From Vulcanimicrobiota bacterium (lineage in GTDB: Bacteria; Vulcanimicrobiota; Vulcanimicrobiia; Vulcanimicrobiales; Vulcanimicrobiaceae), in contig CAVRQP010000009.1 in NCBI GenBank assembly GCA_963723445.1, forward strand, positions 24,623 to 88,622: 64,000 nucleotides of DNA, written 5' to 3'. Both the position numbers and the translations under genes were made by a program. The notes under the pieces were generated by a model, which was not told the DNA's origin, did not search any database, and worked only from the letters and a program-made list of their open reading frames with translations. Positions 1 through 9,233 of this stretch are shown here, piece after piece. Numbering within the stretch: position 1 is the first letter of the stretch; every line of letters begins with the position of its first letter.

Positions 1-174
1 GGCCGCCGCCGTGACGACCGAGACGCTCGCGACGATTGCCGCAATGAGGCCCCGCCGCCGCCGCGCCGGTGTACGCGGATGATTCGGCGCGTGGCGGATC
101 GCCTCGAGCGGGATCGACGGGACGACGATCGCTTCGCGCGCGATCTCGCAGGAACGCTCGAAATCAGACTGCAT
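1..174 (-). CDS. Putative anti-sigma factor or membrane-anchored protein, N-terminal part (runs off the window edge)
   Basis: ATG at 174 overlaps the end of the ECF sigma gene. The frame is open to the edge: MQSDFERSCEIAREAIVVPSIPLEAIRH...RRRRGLIAAIVASVSVVTAAA (basic patch then hydrophobic helix). Not in the ORF track. Confidence 0.6.
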   Translation of the reverse strand, partial: MQSDFERSCEIAREAIVVPSIPLEAIRHAPNHPRTPARRRRGLIAAIVASVSVVTAAA

Positions 175-718
175 TGGTCCGTGCCTCCTCGGCGGGTCGT
201 GAAATGCGCTCGGGCGACTCATCCAACAACGGCCGCAAGCGCCGCCTGGCGATCATGAGGCGAAAGCGCACTGTGCCCTCCGGAACTCCCAAGACCGCGG
301 CGATCTCGCGGCTCGAGAGGTCCTCGAAGTATCGCAGCACCACGACCTCGCGCAGCTTGTGCGGCAGGCGCGAGAGTGCGCGCCAAACGTCGACTGACAC
401 CGCCGGATCGGCCGGTGCGGCCGGGATCTCGGTCGCCGCTTCGGCGCGCGAGCGGCGCCGCTGGATCGCGGCCGCCTCGCGCACCACAACGCGATAGAAC
501 CAGGTGCGGAACGCGGCGCTGTCGCGCAGCGAGGCGATCGTCCGGTACACGATGATGCACGCCTCTTGCGCGACGTCTTCGGCCGGTCCGTCTTCGCCGA
601 CAATGGCGCGCGCGAGCCGGTAGGCGTCCGGCCAGACAGCTCGTAAGAGCGACTCGACGTCGTCCGGACCGCCGGCTCGGGCGGCGTCGACAAGGTCCTT
701 GAGCACGGGGCTCGGCAT
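164..718 (-). CDS. ECF RNA polymerase sigma-70 factor
   Basis: Region 2 (AEDVAQEA, FRTWFYRV) and region 4 (LRYFEDLSSREIAAVLGVPEGTVRFRL). Confidence 0.92.
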   Translation of the reverse strand: MPSPVLKDLVDAARAGGPDDVESLLRAVWPDAYRLARAIVGEDGPAEDVAQEACIIVYRTIASLRDSAAFRTWFYRVVVREAAAIQRRRSRAEAATEIPAAPADPAVSVDVWRALSRLPHKLREVVVLRYFEDLSSREIAAVLGVPEGTVRFRLMIARRRLRPLLDESPERISRPAEEARTNAV

Positions 719-945
719 TTCGCGTCCTCGACGTCGGGGCTTGCACCTACCCTATAGAGGCCCCCAAAGACCCGAAGTGTTTGCTCTTCCAGATCGAAAC
801 GTCACGAAGCTTGGCGTCCATCGTGGTTGCTCAGCGGCCGACTGCTCGGGATATCGCGCCTTGCACTCTTTGATATGTTCCGGACGGCGGTCGAGGCCTC
901 GGTGAGAGGTGACACCCCGACTTGATCCGGTGTTTTACACCTAAC

Positions 946-1470
946 GTGAACCAGCAATCTGAACGGGCGGTCCTGGCCGGCGGCTGCTTCTGGGGCGTCC
1001 AGGACCTGATCCGCAAGCTGCCGGGCGTCCTCGCGACCCGGGTGGGATACACCGGCGGTGACATCGCCGACGCGACCTATCGCCGTCACGGCACCCACGC
1101 GGAGGCCATCGAGATCGTCTTCGATCCGAGCCGGATCGGCTATCGGGATCTGCTCGAATTCTTTTTCCAAATTCACGACCCGACCACCGTGAACCGTCAA
1201 GGAAACGATCGCGGGCTCAGCTACCGCTCCGCCATCTTTTATACGACCGACGAACAACGCCGGATCGCGGAGGAAACGATCGCCGACATGAACGCTTCGG
1301 GGCTATGGCCCGGCAAGGTCGTCACGGAAGTCGCGCCGGCAGGCGCCTTCTGGGAAGCGGAGCCCGAGCATCAGGATTACTTGGAGCGCATCCCCAACGG
1401 CTACACCTGCCACTTCATCCGGCCGAATTGGAGGCTTCCCCGCCGGGCGAGCGCGCAGCGCAGCAGCTGA
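946..1470 (+). CDS. msrA: Peptide-methionine (S)-S-oxide reductase
   Basis: GGCFWG active site, [25 protein letters not shown] and GYTCH. Start GTG 946 inferred. Confidence 0.95.
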   Translation: MNQQSERAVLAGGCFWGVQDLIRKLPGVLATRVGYTGGDIADATYRRHGTHAEAIEIVFDPSRIGYRDLLEFFFQIHDPTTVNRQGNDRGLSYRSAIFYTTDEQRRIAEETIADMNASGLWPGKVVTEVAPAGAFWEAEPEHQDYLERIPNGYTCHFIRPNWRLPRRASAQRSS

Positions 1471-1755
1471 AACGCCACCAGAGGACGCTGCCGCACGAAG
1501 CGATGGCTTAGATCCCGGGGAGAAGGTCCGGAAGCTCGCGGTCAAAGTGAGAAGCATGTCCGAACTCGCGTGGTATCCGGCGGCTCTTGCCGTGCCGGTC
1601 CCCCCGCTTGGCCTCATCGCCGACACCGGTACGTTTCGCGAGCGCGCACTCATCTACGAGCTCAACGTGTGGCTGCCTCGTCTCGCGGCCGGCACGACGG
1701 CGCCCGACCAGGGCTATCCGACCATCCGCAACGTCGAGATTCGCAATCTAGCCCC

Positions 1756-2145
1756 CTAGCACTCACCGTTCGAGAAGCCGACTCGGGCCGATCTGAAATT
1801 CACCGGCGAGTAGACGTGCACCCAAGCAAAGCCGGTCCGAGCTTTCCTCGGGTCGAGCTCCGCACGGACGTGCATCTTGCCGCTGGGACCGATCGTGATC
1901 GTGCGCATGCGCCAGGAATGGTTGTTTGAGCGTGCCCAGTGATACTTCACGACGTGCGGCATCCCGGCCGGCCAGTTCGCCGTGACGATGTCCGCGTCGA
2001 AGCGGAACAGGCCGCAGCCGTTGACGGAGTTGCGCGACTCGACGTTTTGGACCGTGATGGTCGGCCCGGCGGCGGCAGCCGGCGCGAGCGGGACGATCGC
2101 GGCAACGGCTAGCGCGAACGACGCGGCCGATACGAAAAGGCGCAT
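1756..2145 (-). CDS. Secreted hypothetical protein
   Basis: Signal peptide (MRLFVSAASFALAVAAIVPLAPAAAA), beta-rich mature part, two Cys. Confidence 0.65.
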   Translation of the reverse strand: MRLFVSAASFALAVAAIVPLAPAAAAGPTITVQNVESRNSVNGCGLFRFDADIVTANWPAGMPHVVKYHWARSNNHSWRMRTITIGPSGKMHVRAELDPRKARTGFAWVHVYSPVNFRSARVGFSNGEC

Positions 2146-2215
2146 GATCGATCACCTTAGGACGGAAGGTGCGGGTGGTTGCTCGTCCGCTTTGCCGTAG
2201 GAACCCGCTGCTCCC

Positions 2216-3082
2216 TTGATGCTTCGCGGAAAGGACGCGATCGGAGATCGGCCCCGGGCCCGGCAACGCGAGGCGGTCCCTAGAGGATGGTCCTACGGAG
2301 CGCCCGGAACATCGGTGAATGATCGACGATGCGACCATCTGTTCGACGTCCTGGGGCTCAGGGCGGCGCGTAGGAGCGTTGCAATCCGGCACGCCTTCGT
2401 AACGGTGCTCGAGGCGTTGGCGCCGGCTCCTCCGGTGGTACCCGGCTACGTGCCGTTCGCTCTGCTGCTCGTGATCGAAGGAGCTGCCGTCCTGTTCTGG
2501 GTCCTCGTCGTCGCCCGCCGGCGAAGGGATGCTCTCGGAGCATTGATCGTGTGCTCGCGCTGCGCGCAGTTGAACCGGCGGACCGAAGTGTTTGCACGCG
2601 GAGCGGACGCCGTCGCCGTCGGCGCGCTGGCATTCCTGGTCGCGCTGCCGTTCGTCGCGGCGGGTTATGAGAGCGGCTTCACGTTCTCGCTCGCCGTGCT
2701 GGGTGCTTCGGCCGTAGCGGCGGTCATCGCCGTGGCCTCCGAAGCCGACTTTCTCGTCCGCTCCGCCGCTGGCCGCCTTTGGCCGCAGTTCGTCTGGAGC
2801 GCGGAACCGGCGCGCGTCGTCGGCGGCGGAGCGCGGTGGCTGGGCGCGATCTTCGCGCTGTATCTGTTTCAACCGGAAGCTCGGCTCGGCGTGATCTTCG
2901 GAGGCATCGGCCAGCGGCTGGTCGCCGACCTCGCCTCGACGTGGACGATCTGGGCCGCGGCCGCGATTCTCGTGTTCACGGCGATCGTCGCCCTGGCGGC
3001 CCGATGGCTCGTACCGCTGGCGTTCCACAGCCTCCCGACCGCGCTGGCTGCTCGCCACGCGCCGCGCGGAACCTCGGCGTGA
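2216..3082 (+). CDS. Multi-pass membrane protein, first gene of the MoxR operon (true start probably downstream, near 2315)
   Basis: Several hydrophobic segments. Stop overlaps the MoxR GTG (GTGA at 3079-3082). Confidence 0.6.
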   Translation: MMLRGKDAIGDRPRARQREAVPRGWSYGAPGTSVNDRRCDHLFDVLGLRAARRSVAIRHAFVTVLEALAPAPPVVPGYVPFALLLVIEGAAVLFWVLVVARRRRDALGALIVCSRCAQLNRRTEVFARGADAVAVGALAFLVALPFVAAGYESGFTFSLAVLGASAVAAVIAVASEADFLVRSAAGRLWPQFVWSAEPARVVGGGARWLGAIFALYLFQPEARLGVIFGGIGQRLVADLASTWTIWAAAAILVFTAIVALAARWLVPLAFHSLPTALAARHAPRGTSA

Positions 3083-4029
3083 ACCGCGACACCGCGTTCG
3101 CCGCGGCGCACGCCGATGTCGAACGTCTCATCGCGAACGTCGAGCATGTCGTGGTCGGCATGCACGACGTCGTGCGCCTGGTGGTCGCGGCGTTGCTCTC
3201 GCGCGGGCACGTGCTGCTCGAGGATCGTCCTGGCGTCGGGAAGACGGTGCTCGCAAGAACGCTGGCGCGCTCGATCTCCTGTGAGTTCAAGCGCGTCCAA
3301 TGCACGCCGGATCTCCTTCCGGTCGACATCACCGGTTACGTCGACCCGCGCAAGGAAACGTTCGTGCCCGGCCCCGTGTTCGCAAACATCGTGCTCGCGG
3401 ACGAGCTCAACCGTGCGATGCCGCGGACGCAGAGCGCGCTGCTGGAAGCGATGGGCGAGGCGCAGGTCACCGTCGACGGCCGCAGCTATCCGCTCCCGAA
3501 TCCTTTCATGGTGATCGCGACACAGAACCCGATCGAGCACTCGGGCGTGAACGATCTGCCCGAAGCACAGCTCGACCGCTTCCAGCTGCTGCTGTCGCCG
3601 GGGTATGCCAGCGAAGACCAAGAGGTTGAGATCCTTCGCGACCGGATGGTCGAGGATCCGCTGACCGGCGTGAGCGCGGTGCTCACGATCGAGCGCGTGC
3701 GCGAATTGATGGCGCTCGTGACCTCGGTCGTCGTCGACGAGCGGCTGCTGCGCTACATGATCGCGATGGTGCGGCAAAGCCGTCTGTCCGACGAGCTCGC
3801 CCTGGGCGCGAGCCCGCGCGCCGCGCTGCAGTTGATGCAGCTCGCCCGAGCGTACGCTCTCGTGCAGGGTCGCGCCTACGTAACTCCCGACGACGTCAAG
3901 GCGCTGTTCATCCACGCCCTGCCGCACCGGCTGATCCCCAAAGTCATGCCTGAATCGCTGATGAGCATGACCGAATGGAAGACGCGGATCGTGAAGCGGC
4001 TGGTCGACGCCATTGGATTTCCGGGCTGA
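3079..4029 (+). CDS. MoxR-family AAA+ ATPase
   Basis: Walker A EDRPGVGKT, QCTPDLLP.DITG, Walker B LADELNRA, ATQNPIE, LPEAQLDRF, GASPR. Confidence 0.93.
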   Translation: MNRDTAFAAAHADVERLIANVEHVVVGMHDVVRLVVAALLSRGHVLLEDRPGVGKTVLARTLARSISCEFKRVQCTPDLLPVDITGYVDPRKETFVPGPVFANIVLADELNRAMPRTQSALLEAMGEAQVTVDGRSYPLPNPFMVIATQNPIEHSGVNDLPEAQLDRFQLLLSPGYASEDQEVEILRDRMVEDPLTGVSAVLTIERVRELMALVTSVVVDERLLRYMIAMVRQSRLSDELALGASPRAALQLMQLARAYALVQGRAYVTPDDVKALFIHALPHRLIPKVMPESLMSMTEWKTRIVKRLVDAIGFPG

Positions 4030-4041
4030 ACGGCGCGCGCA

Positions 4042-5205
4042 GTGGAGCGGCCTTCCCGGATCACGCTGACGATCGCACCGCCGATCGGCATCGCCGTGCT
4101 CGGCGTGTCGCTGGTGGCCGCCACGGTCGCCGGCGTGGGGCATCCGGAACTCCGCGCGCTCGTCGTGTTCGCCGTCGCGTTTCCGCTGCTGTGGATCGGC
4201 CTCGCGACGACGCTTTCGTATACGACCGCCCGTGCGCTGCGAACGGGCGCCGTCGACGTACCTTCGCGAACGCGCGCCATGGGCAGCTTTCGGTTGGGGC
4301 TCACGCTCGTGCACGGCGGGCGCGGATTCCCCGCCATCGGGGTGTTGACCAACGCCGGGTTTTCGGCGGCCGGCGTCGTCCTGGACTCCGGCCCTTGGGC
4401 GGAGATCCCCATCGTCGAGTCCGGTCGGGCCGCGACGTCGCGCTGGGACGTCCTGGCGAAACAACGCGGGACGCTGCTGGTGGGGCCCTTTCGTGCCGCC
4501 GTCGAGCTGCCGGGTAGCGCGATCCGCGCGACCGCGCTCTTCGACCGGATCTACGCCGTCACCGTGCTGCCGGCGATCTATCACCTGCAGCCGTTCGTCG
4601 ATACGCTGCTCGCCGGGCGGCACGTCGCCGTGGGACGGTTCCAGACCCTCCCCGTCGCGACCGAAGAGTATGTCGGCGCGCGCGAATATCGTCCCGGCGA
4701 CTCACCGAAGCTCATCCATCGCGTCCTGTCGCTGCGCGCGCGCGACCCGAATCAGTTCTACGTGCGGGAGTTCCAAGATCCCAGCCGCGACGATCTCAGC
4801 GTCGTGCTGGACACGGCGCCGCCGCTCGACGGCGACGAAGCACTTCACCGCTATCGCTTGGAGAAGGCGATCTGCTTCGTCGCCGCGTTGTGCCGGACGT
4901 TTGCGGCACGGCGGCTCAGCGTGCGGTTCGTCTGCCAGCGCGGACCGCGCGACGTCATGACGCTGCGTTTGCGCTCGCTCAATGCAGACCTCGATCGCCT
5001 CGAGCTGGAGCTCGCGCGGCTCGACCTCGCGGGAGATCGGGCCACGCTGGGGCGGGTTCTCGTCGACGAAGTGCGCCGCCACGGTTCGGCCGTCATCTTC
5101 GTCAGCCTGCGACCGCGCGAGCTGGTCGAGCAGCAGCGCCTGCCCATGGTGACGCTCACGCCGGATCACGTCCCGGTGTTCACGCGCGAGGTCGTTTGGC
5201 AGTGA
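4042..5205 (+). CDS. DUF58 domain protein with N-terminal TM helices
   Basis: EEYVGAREYRPGDSPKLIH motif, VREFQ, VVLDT, LEKAICFVAAL; directly follows MoxR. Confidence 0.85.
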   Translation: MERPSRITLTIAPPIGIAVLGVSLVAATVAGVGHPELRALVVFAVAFPLLWIGLATTLSYTTARALRTGAVDVPSRTRAMGSFRLGLTLVHGGRGFPAIGVLTNAGFSAAGVVLDSGPWAEIPIVESGRAATSRWDVLAKQRGTLLVGPFRAAVELPGSAIRATALFDRIYAVTVLPAIYHLQPFVDTLLAGRHVAVGRFQTLPVATEEYVGAREYRPGDSPKLIHRVLSLRARDPNQFYVREFQDPSRDDLSVVLDTAPPLDGDEALHRYRLEKAICFVAALCRTFAARRLSVRFVCQRGPRDVMTLRLRSLNADLDRLELELARLDLAGDRATLGRVLVDEVRRHGSAVIFVSLRPRELVEQQRLPMVTLTPDHVPVFTREVVWQ

Positions 5206-6047
5206 ACTGGCTCAGGCGCGCCGACCCCGCGTTCTACCACAAAGAACCGTACCTGCTGCGGACGCAGGCGCAGATCATCACGTATGGCGATGAAGCCAAG
5301 GCGGAGGTCCGGCTGAGCGTCCTGACCGCCGATCCGGTGATGCACGCCGCCACGGCGCTCGTCGCGTTGTGCGCGTACGCCGCGGCGACCGGTGCCGGTG
5401 CGCTCGACCCTCGCCGGGACTGGCCGGCGATATGGGCGCTCGCCGTTCTCGCCGTCGCAGCGCCGCGTGCGCTGCCGTTTTGGCCGCGCCCCGATCGCTG
5501 GGCGTGGTTGCGTCAGGCGCTCATCGGCGGCGCGCTGGTCGCGATCCCCGCAATGTGGACCCACGACGCCGCTGACCTCGGGATTGCGCTGCTGACCGGC
5601 ACGACGCTGTACGCGGCCCGTGGGCGCGGCCGCGGCGCACTGCTCGTCGTTGCCGCCGGCGTGCTGTTCGGCGCACCCATGCTCGCGCGATCGTACATCG
5701 GAGCTGCGCTCGCTGCTGTCTTCGCCGCCGGTGCCGGCGTCCTGGGCGTCACGGCGATCGCGCCGGTGTGGCGTCTTCGCCCGCAGGTACTGACGTGGAC
5801 GGCGTTCGCCATGCTGCTCGCCGTGTGCGCGTATGCCTTCGCCTTCGACGCTCCGGCCGTCGCGCCGCGCATCCCTGCCGTGATCGCCGCGATCGGCGTC
5901 GCATATCTTGGCGTCTGCATCATGGCCGGACGGATCCGGCGAGCCGAGCGCATGGCGAGCCCGATCGGTGCCCTGTCGATTCCCCAGAGCATCGTCCCGC
6001 TGCTCGATCGTTCGCAACACCATGCAATCATCTGCTGGCTCGCATAG
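5202..6047 (+). CDS. Multi-pass membrane protein (MoxR operon)
   Basis: GTG overlaps the DUF58 stop; about 7-8 hydrophobic segments. Confidence 0.65.
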   Translation: MNWLRRADPAFYHKEPYLLRTQAQIITYGDEAKAEVRLSVLTADPVMHAATALVALCAYAAATGAGALDPRRDWPAIWALAVLAVAAPRALPFWPRPDRWAWLRQALIGGALVAIPAMWTHDAADLGIALLTGTTLYAARGRGRGALLVVAAGVLFGAPMLARSYIGAALAAVFAAGAGVLGVTAIAPVWRLRPQVLTWTAFAMLLAVCAYAFAFDAPAVAPRIPAVIAAIGVAYLGVCIMAGRIRRAERMASPIGALSIPQSIVPLLDRSQHHAIICWLA

Positions 6048-6393
6048 TCCGCCGTTCCGGCCGCGAGTCTTGCTCGCCGCCGTCGCGCTCGCGGCGCTGG
6101 CCGCGTCGCTTTTGCTGGCATTCGTGTCCACGACGGCTGCGCGTCCGCATGCGCGCCGCGACGGCGCCCGCGTCGCGACCGCGGCAACACCGATCGCGGC
6201 ACCGGCGACACCGCCGGCGGCATCGACCTTTCCGGCCGATGCCGAGAACCCGAACGGCGTCGGCGCGGCGCCGTCGCTGTCGGCGCTGCTAACGCCATGG
6301 GCGTTCGCCGTCGATGCGATCGCGGTTGCCGGGCTGGCGGCAATCCTTATCGTACGCTACAAGATGCGGCGCCGTCGCGGAGCGCGGATATGA
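6022..6393 (+). CDS. Small membrane protein (two TM segments, Pro/Ala linker, basic C-tail)
   Basis: MQSSAGSHSPPFRPRVLLAAVALAAL...AVAGLAAILIVRYKMRRRRGARI; stop overlaps the next ATG. Confidence 0.55.
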   Translation: MQSSAGSHSPPFRPRVLLAAVALAALAASLLLAFVSTTAARPHARRDGARVATAATPIAAPATPPAASTFPADAENPNGVGAAPSLSALLTPWAFAVDAIAVAGLAAILIVRYKMRRRRGARI

Positions 6394-6776
6394 CCGCGAT
6401 CGTCGAGGCACTGTGGTTACGCGCGCTGCAGGTCGTGCGCGCGCGCGGTTTGCTCCCCGCGAACAAGACCGCGCTCACTCCGGGCGAGCTTGCCGCCGAA
6501 GTTGAACGGCGCGGCGAAGACCGGCTCACCCGGCTGGTCGACGGCTGGTACTATCCGGCGTCGTACGGGCGTGTCCGGGGGTGGCTCTCTGACGAGGACG
6601 CCGGTCGCCTCGTCGCGGAGCTTGAGGCAGAGAACGCACTCGCGGAGGCCGTGCCGGCGCAGACGGCGCCGGCGAAGATCGCGCCGCCGGTGATCGCAGA
6701 TCCGCCGGCGCGCCGCGAGACGAACTGCGAGCTCTGCGGCGTTCCGGTGTCGCCGGACCCGCCGGATCGCGCCTGA
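6390..6776 (+). CDS. DUF4129-like small protein with C-terminal CxxC
   Basis: ATGA overlap. LTPGELAAEV...LTRLVDGWYYPASYG resembles the DUF4129 TPxE...Y..ARYG pattern; CELCG near the C-terminus. Confidence 0.55.
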   Translation: MTAIVEALWLRALQVVRARGLLPANKTALTPGELAAEVERRGEDRLTRLVDGWYYPASYGRVRGWLSDEDAGRLVAELEAENALAEAVPAQTAPAKIAPPVIADPPARRETNCELCGVPVSPDPPDRA

Positions 6777-6996
6777 CCGGGCGTCTTGTCGGCAAGCGCG
6801 TCGCCGTCGAAGCTGAAATCGAATAGCTCGTAGGTGCGCCCCGGGCGTCGAGCACGTCCACTCGCGCCGCCGGCGAGAGCGGCCGGCGCGGGGCGTAGCC
6901 TCTCGAGTGAAGCGTCGCACAGCGTCCGCTTCAGGAAGCACGAGCCGAACAGGCAACGAAGTCGACGACCATCACTAAGCCGAACTCGGTTCGAAT

Positions 6997-7300
6997 ATGA
7001 CATCGCAATCGCACGCGCAAACGTACCCGCCCGGCGCTCCCTGCTGGGTTGAGACGCTGCAGCCTGATGCGCGCGCCGCGGCCGCGTTCTATCATGAGGT
7101 GTTCGGCTGGGACGCCGGCGGCTCCGGACCGATGCCCGGCGGCGGCGAGTACTTCGTCGCGCGCATCGACGGGGCGGACGTCGCCGGCATCGGAACGCTT
7201 CCGCCGGGCGGCATCGCGGAGCCGCAATGGGCGACCTACGTTCTCGTCGACGACGTCGAGTCCGCGCTGTCGCGCGCGACCGTTGAGGCCCTTCGTCACG
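6997..7300 (+). pseudogene. Truncated VOC/glyoxalase (CFP32-like) gene
   Basis: YPPGAPCWVET...AAAAFYHEVFGW...W.TYVLVDDVE. Similarity ends near 7290 and the frame continues as antisense of the neighbouring gene. Confidence 0.65.
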
Positions 7301-7391
7301 TCCATCGCCGCCGGATCAGCAACATCATGGCCGCGGCTAGAGCGAACCGTGTACGTGGCGATGCCGTCACCGGTCGTCCGCGACCGGTCGC

Positions 7392-8981
7392 TTATTTTGG
7401 TGTTTCGCTCGGTAGCGGAGTCGGTTTCGGTTTCGGCGTCGGGCGAGGTCGCGGCGGTAACGTGCGGACGACCGGCCGCGGCGTAGGCGCTTCGACAGCC
7501 GGCGGACGCGGCGCCTCCGTCTGAACGGAGGCCGGCCGCTGTTGCGCCGGTGGTGCCGTCACCGCCGGTTCAACGATGCGCGGTCGCGGCGTCGGTTGGA
7601 CGAGTTGCGGTCGCGGCGTCGGTCGAGCGATTTCCGGGCGCAGCGTCGGCCGCCGTGTCGGGGCGGCGGTCGGTGCGAGCGGTCGCGCGGTCGGCGCGCT
7701 GGGCGGGCGCGAGGATTCGGGGCGCCGGAGAACCGGACGCGGAGCCGCGGTCACCGGACGCACGGGCGCCGGTGTCGTTGCGACCGCCGGGCCGGCGGGC
7801 GCGATCGTGCGCGGAGCGATGGTCCGGTGAACGATCAACTTCTGCGCCGCGCTCTTGTCTTGCGCCGTGATCGGGACGAACCCGGCCGGCTTCCGCGTCG
7901 GCGCGAGCGGTTGCGCCGCGGTGACGACGGGCGGTTTGCCGCCGTTGACCCGGGCCAGCAGACCGTGGTCCTGCGACGCGATTTGCACGTGCTGCTGTTG
8001 AACCTGCGTCATCGAGACGTGGCGCTTTTTCCCGACGTCGATCTGACCGGCAGTCGGCTGAGCGCGCAGTCCACCCGGGCCGCCGTTGTAGCTGCTGCGC
8101 GACGCGGGGCGATTCACGACGACCGTCTTGTCGATGTACACGTTGACGATCGTCGGTCGGACGCGCGTGACGGCGGTGTTGTAACGGAACGTGTTGCCGT
8201 ACCAGCGGCCGCCGGCGTAGCCGTTGCCGTAGTAGCCGCCTCCGTAGTAGATGCCGCCGTAGAAGCCGACGTTCGTCGCCCAATAGCCCGGGTTCCACCC
8301 ATAGTAGCCGTTCTGCCAGCCCCAGTAGCCGGGCGTCCAGAGCAAACCCGGCTGCGGCGGCTCAACCCACGTGCCGGGCACCCAATAGTAGCCGCCCGGA
8401 CCCCAGGCCCAATAACCGGGGACCCAAATCTCGTTCGGATCCGGCACCGGCGGTGCGTCGTAGTCCGGGATCGGCGGCGGCGCCTCGCTGACCCAATCGG
8501 TCGTCTCCGCGTACGACGGCGGCGCGGCTTGAGACTGATCGCCCGGCGGCGCCCCGGCGAGCGTGATCGCGACGACCTGGTTGGTTTCGTCCCACGATAC
8601 GCCGGCGCCGAGCGCTTCGGAGACGAATCGCAACGGTACGTAGGTCGATGCGCCGACGATGAACGGCGCGACGTCGATCGTCTGCGGCTGACCGTTGATC
8701 GTCGCCTGTCGCGAGCCGATCTGCAGCGCGATCTCGCTGCCGTTTCCGGTCGCGTTGATCTGGCCGTTCGAGTACACCACGCTCGCGCCGAGCCGCTCGA
8801 ACACGCCGCGCAGCGGCACGAACACGCGTCCGGCCTGCATGATCGGGGGCGGGTTGATGTCCACCGAGCTGCCGTTGATCGAAACTCCGACCTGCGCGTC
8901 GGCGGCGGCGGCGAGCACGAGCATGAACCCGAGCACCGCCGCGCCCGTGGAAGCAAAACGAAACGACCGACCGAGACCCAT
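7392..8981 (-). CDS. Secreted protein: copper-amine-oxidase N-terminal (stalk) domain, WXXGXW repeats and Pro-rich tail
   Basis: GGAGGA RBS before ATG 8981; signal peptide; GRVFVPLRGVFERLGASV and TYVPLRFVSEALGAGVSWD; WVPGYW/WVPGTW/WTPGYW/WNPGYW repeats; PTPRP-rich C-terminus. Confidence 0.85.
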   Translation of the reverse strand: MGLGRSFRFASTGAAVLGFMLVLAAAADAQVGVSINGSSVDINPPPIMQAGRVFVPLRGVFERLGASVVYSNGQINATGNGSEIALQIGSRQATINGQPQTIDVAPFIVGASTYVPLRFVSEALGAGVSWDETNQVVAITLAGAPPGDQSQAAPPSYAETTDWVSEAPPPIPDYDAPPVPDPNEIWVPGYWAWGPGGYYWVPGTWVEPPQPGLLWTPGYWGWQNGYYGWNPGYWATNVGFYGGIYYGGGYYGNGYAGGRWYGNTFRYNTAVTRVRPTIVNVYIDKTVVVNRPASRSSYNGGPGGLRAQPTAGQIDVGKKRHVSMTQVQQQHVQIASQDHGLLARVNGGKPPVVTAAQPLAPTRKPAGFVPITAQDKSAAQKLIVHRTIAPRTIAPAGPAVATTPAPVRPVTAAPRPVLRRPESSRPPSAPTARPLAPTAAPTRRPTLRPEIARPTPRPQLVQPTPRPRIVEPAVTAPPAQQRPASVQTEAPRPPAVEAPTPRPVVRTLPPRPRPTPKPKPTPLPSETPK

Positions 8982-9233
8982 ACGATATCGTCCTCCATCG
9001 CGCACGTTCCCGTACCGCCCGCCCGAGCCCCTGCAATCACCGGAGCCGGCAGCGACGCGGGGCGAGCGAAATGAGACAGTCCGGGAAGCCTCATCGAAGC
9101 GGCGGCGACGCGATGCGGCCGTTCTCGAGGATCGTGCCGCCGAACCTCCGGCGGTTTTCGTTCGACCAAGCATAGACGACAAAGGGCTCCCTCGGGGCAT
9201 CCTTTTGCTCGGCACGTCGGCGGAGGTGGTCGC

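Noticed and set aside
1547-1759. 70-aa plus-strand ORF after msrA
   Set aside because: Plausible composition but no recognisable motif or clear RBS; cannot be supported.
1763-4623. Long minus-strand ORFs (431 aa, 584 aa) and many similar long antisense ORFs across the window
   Set aside because: Shadow ORFs of real genes in high-GC DNA; Arg/Ala/Gly-rich with no motifs.
7400-7800. Repetitive GGTCG/CGGCG-rich tract resembling a tandem repeat or array
   Set aside because: Explained by Pro/Thr/Arg codons (PTPRP) of the minus-strand protein; no fixed repeat-spacer period.
8200-8430. Periodic CCCA/GTAGCC repeats as a possible CRISPR array
   Set aside because: They encode the WXXGXW and GY repeats; no constant direct repeat and no cas genes.
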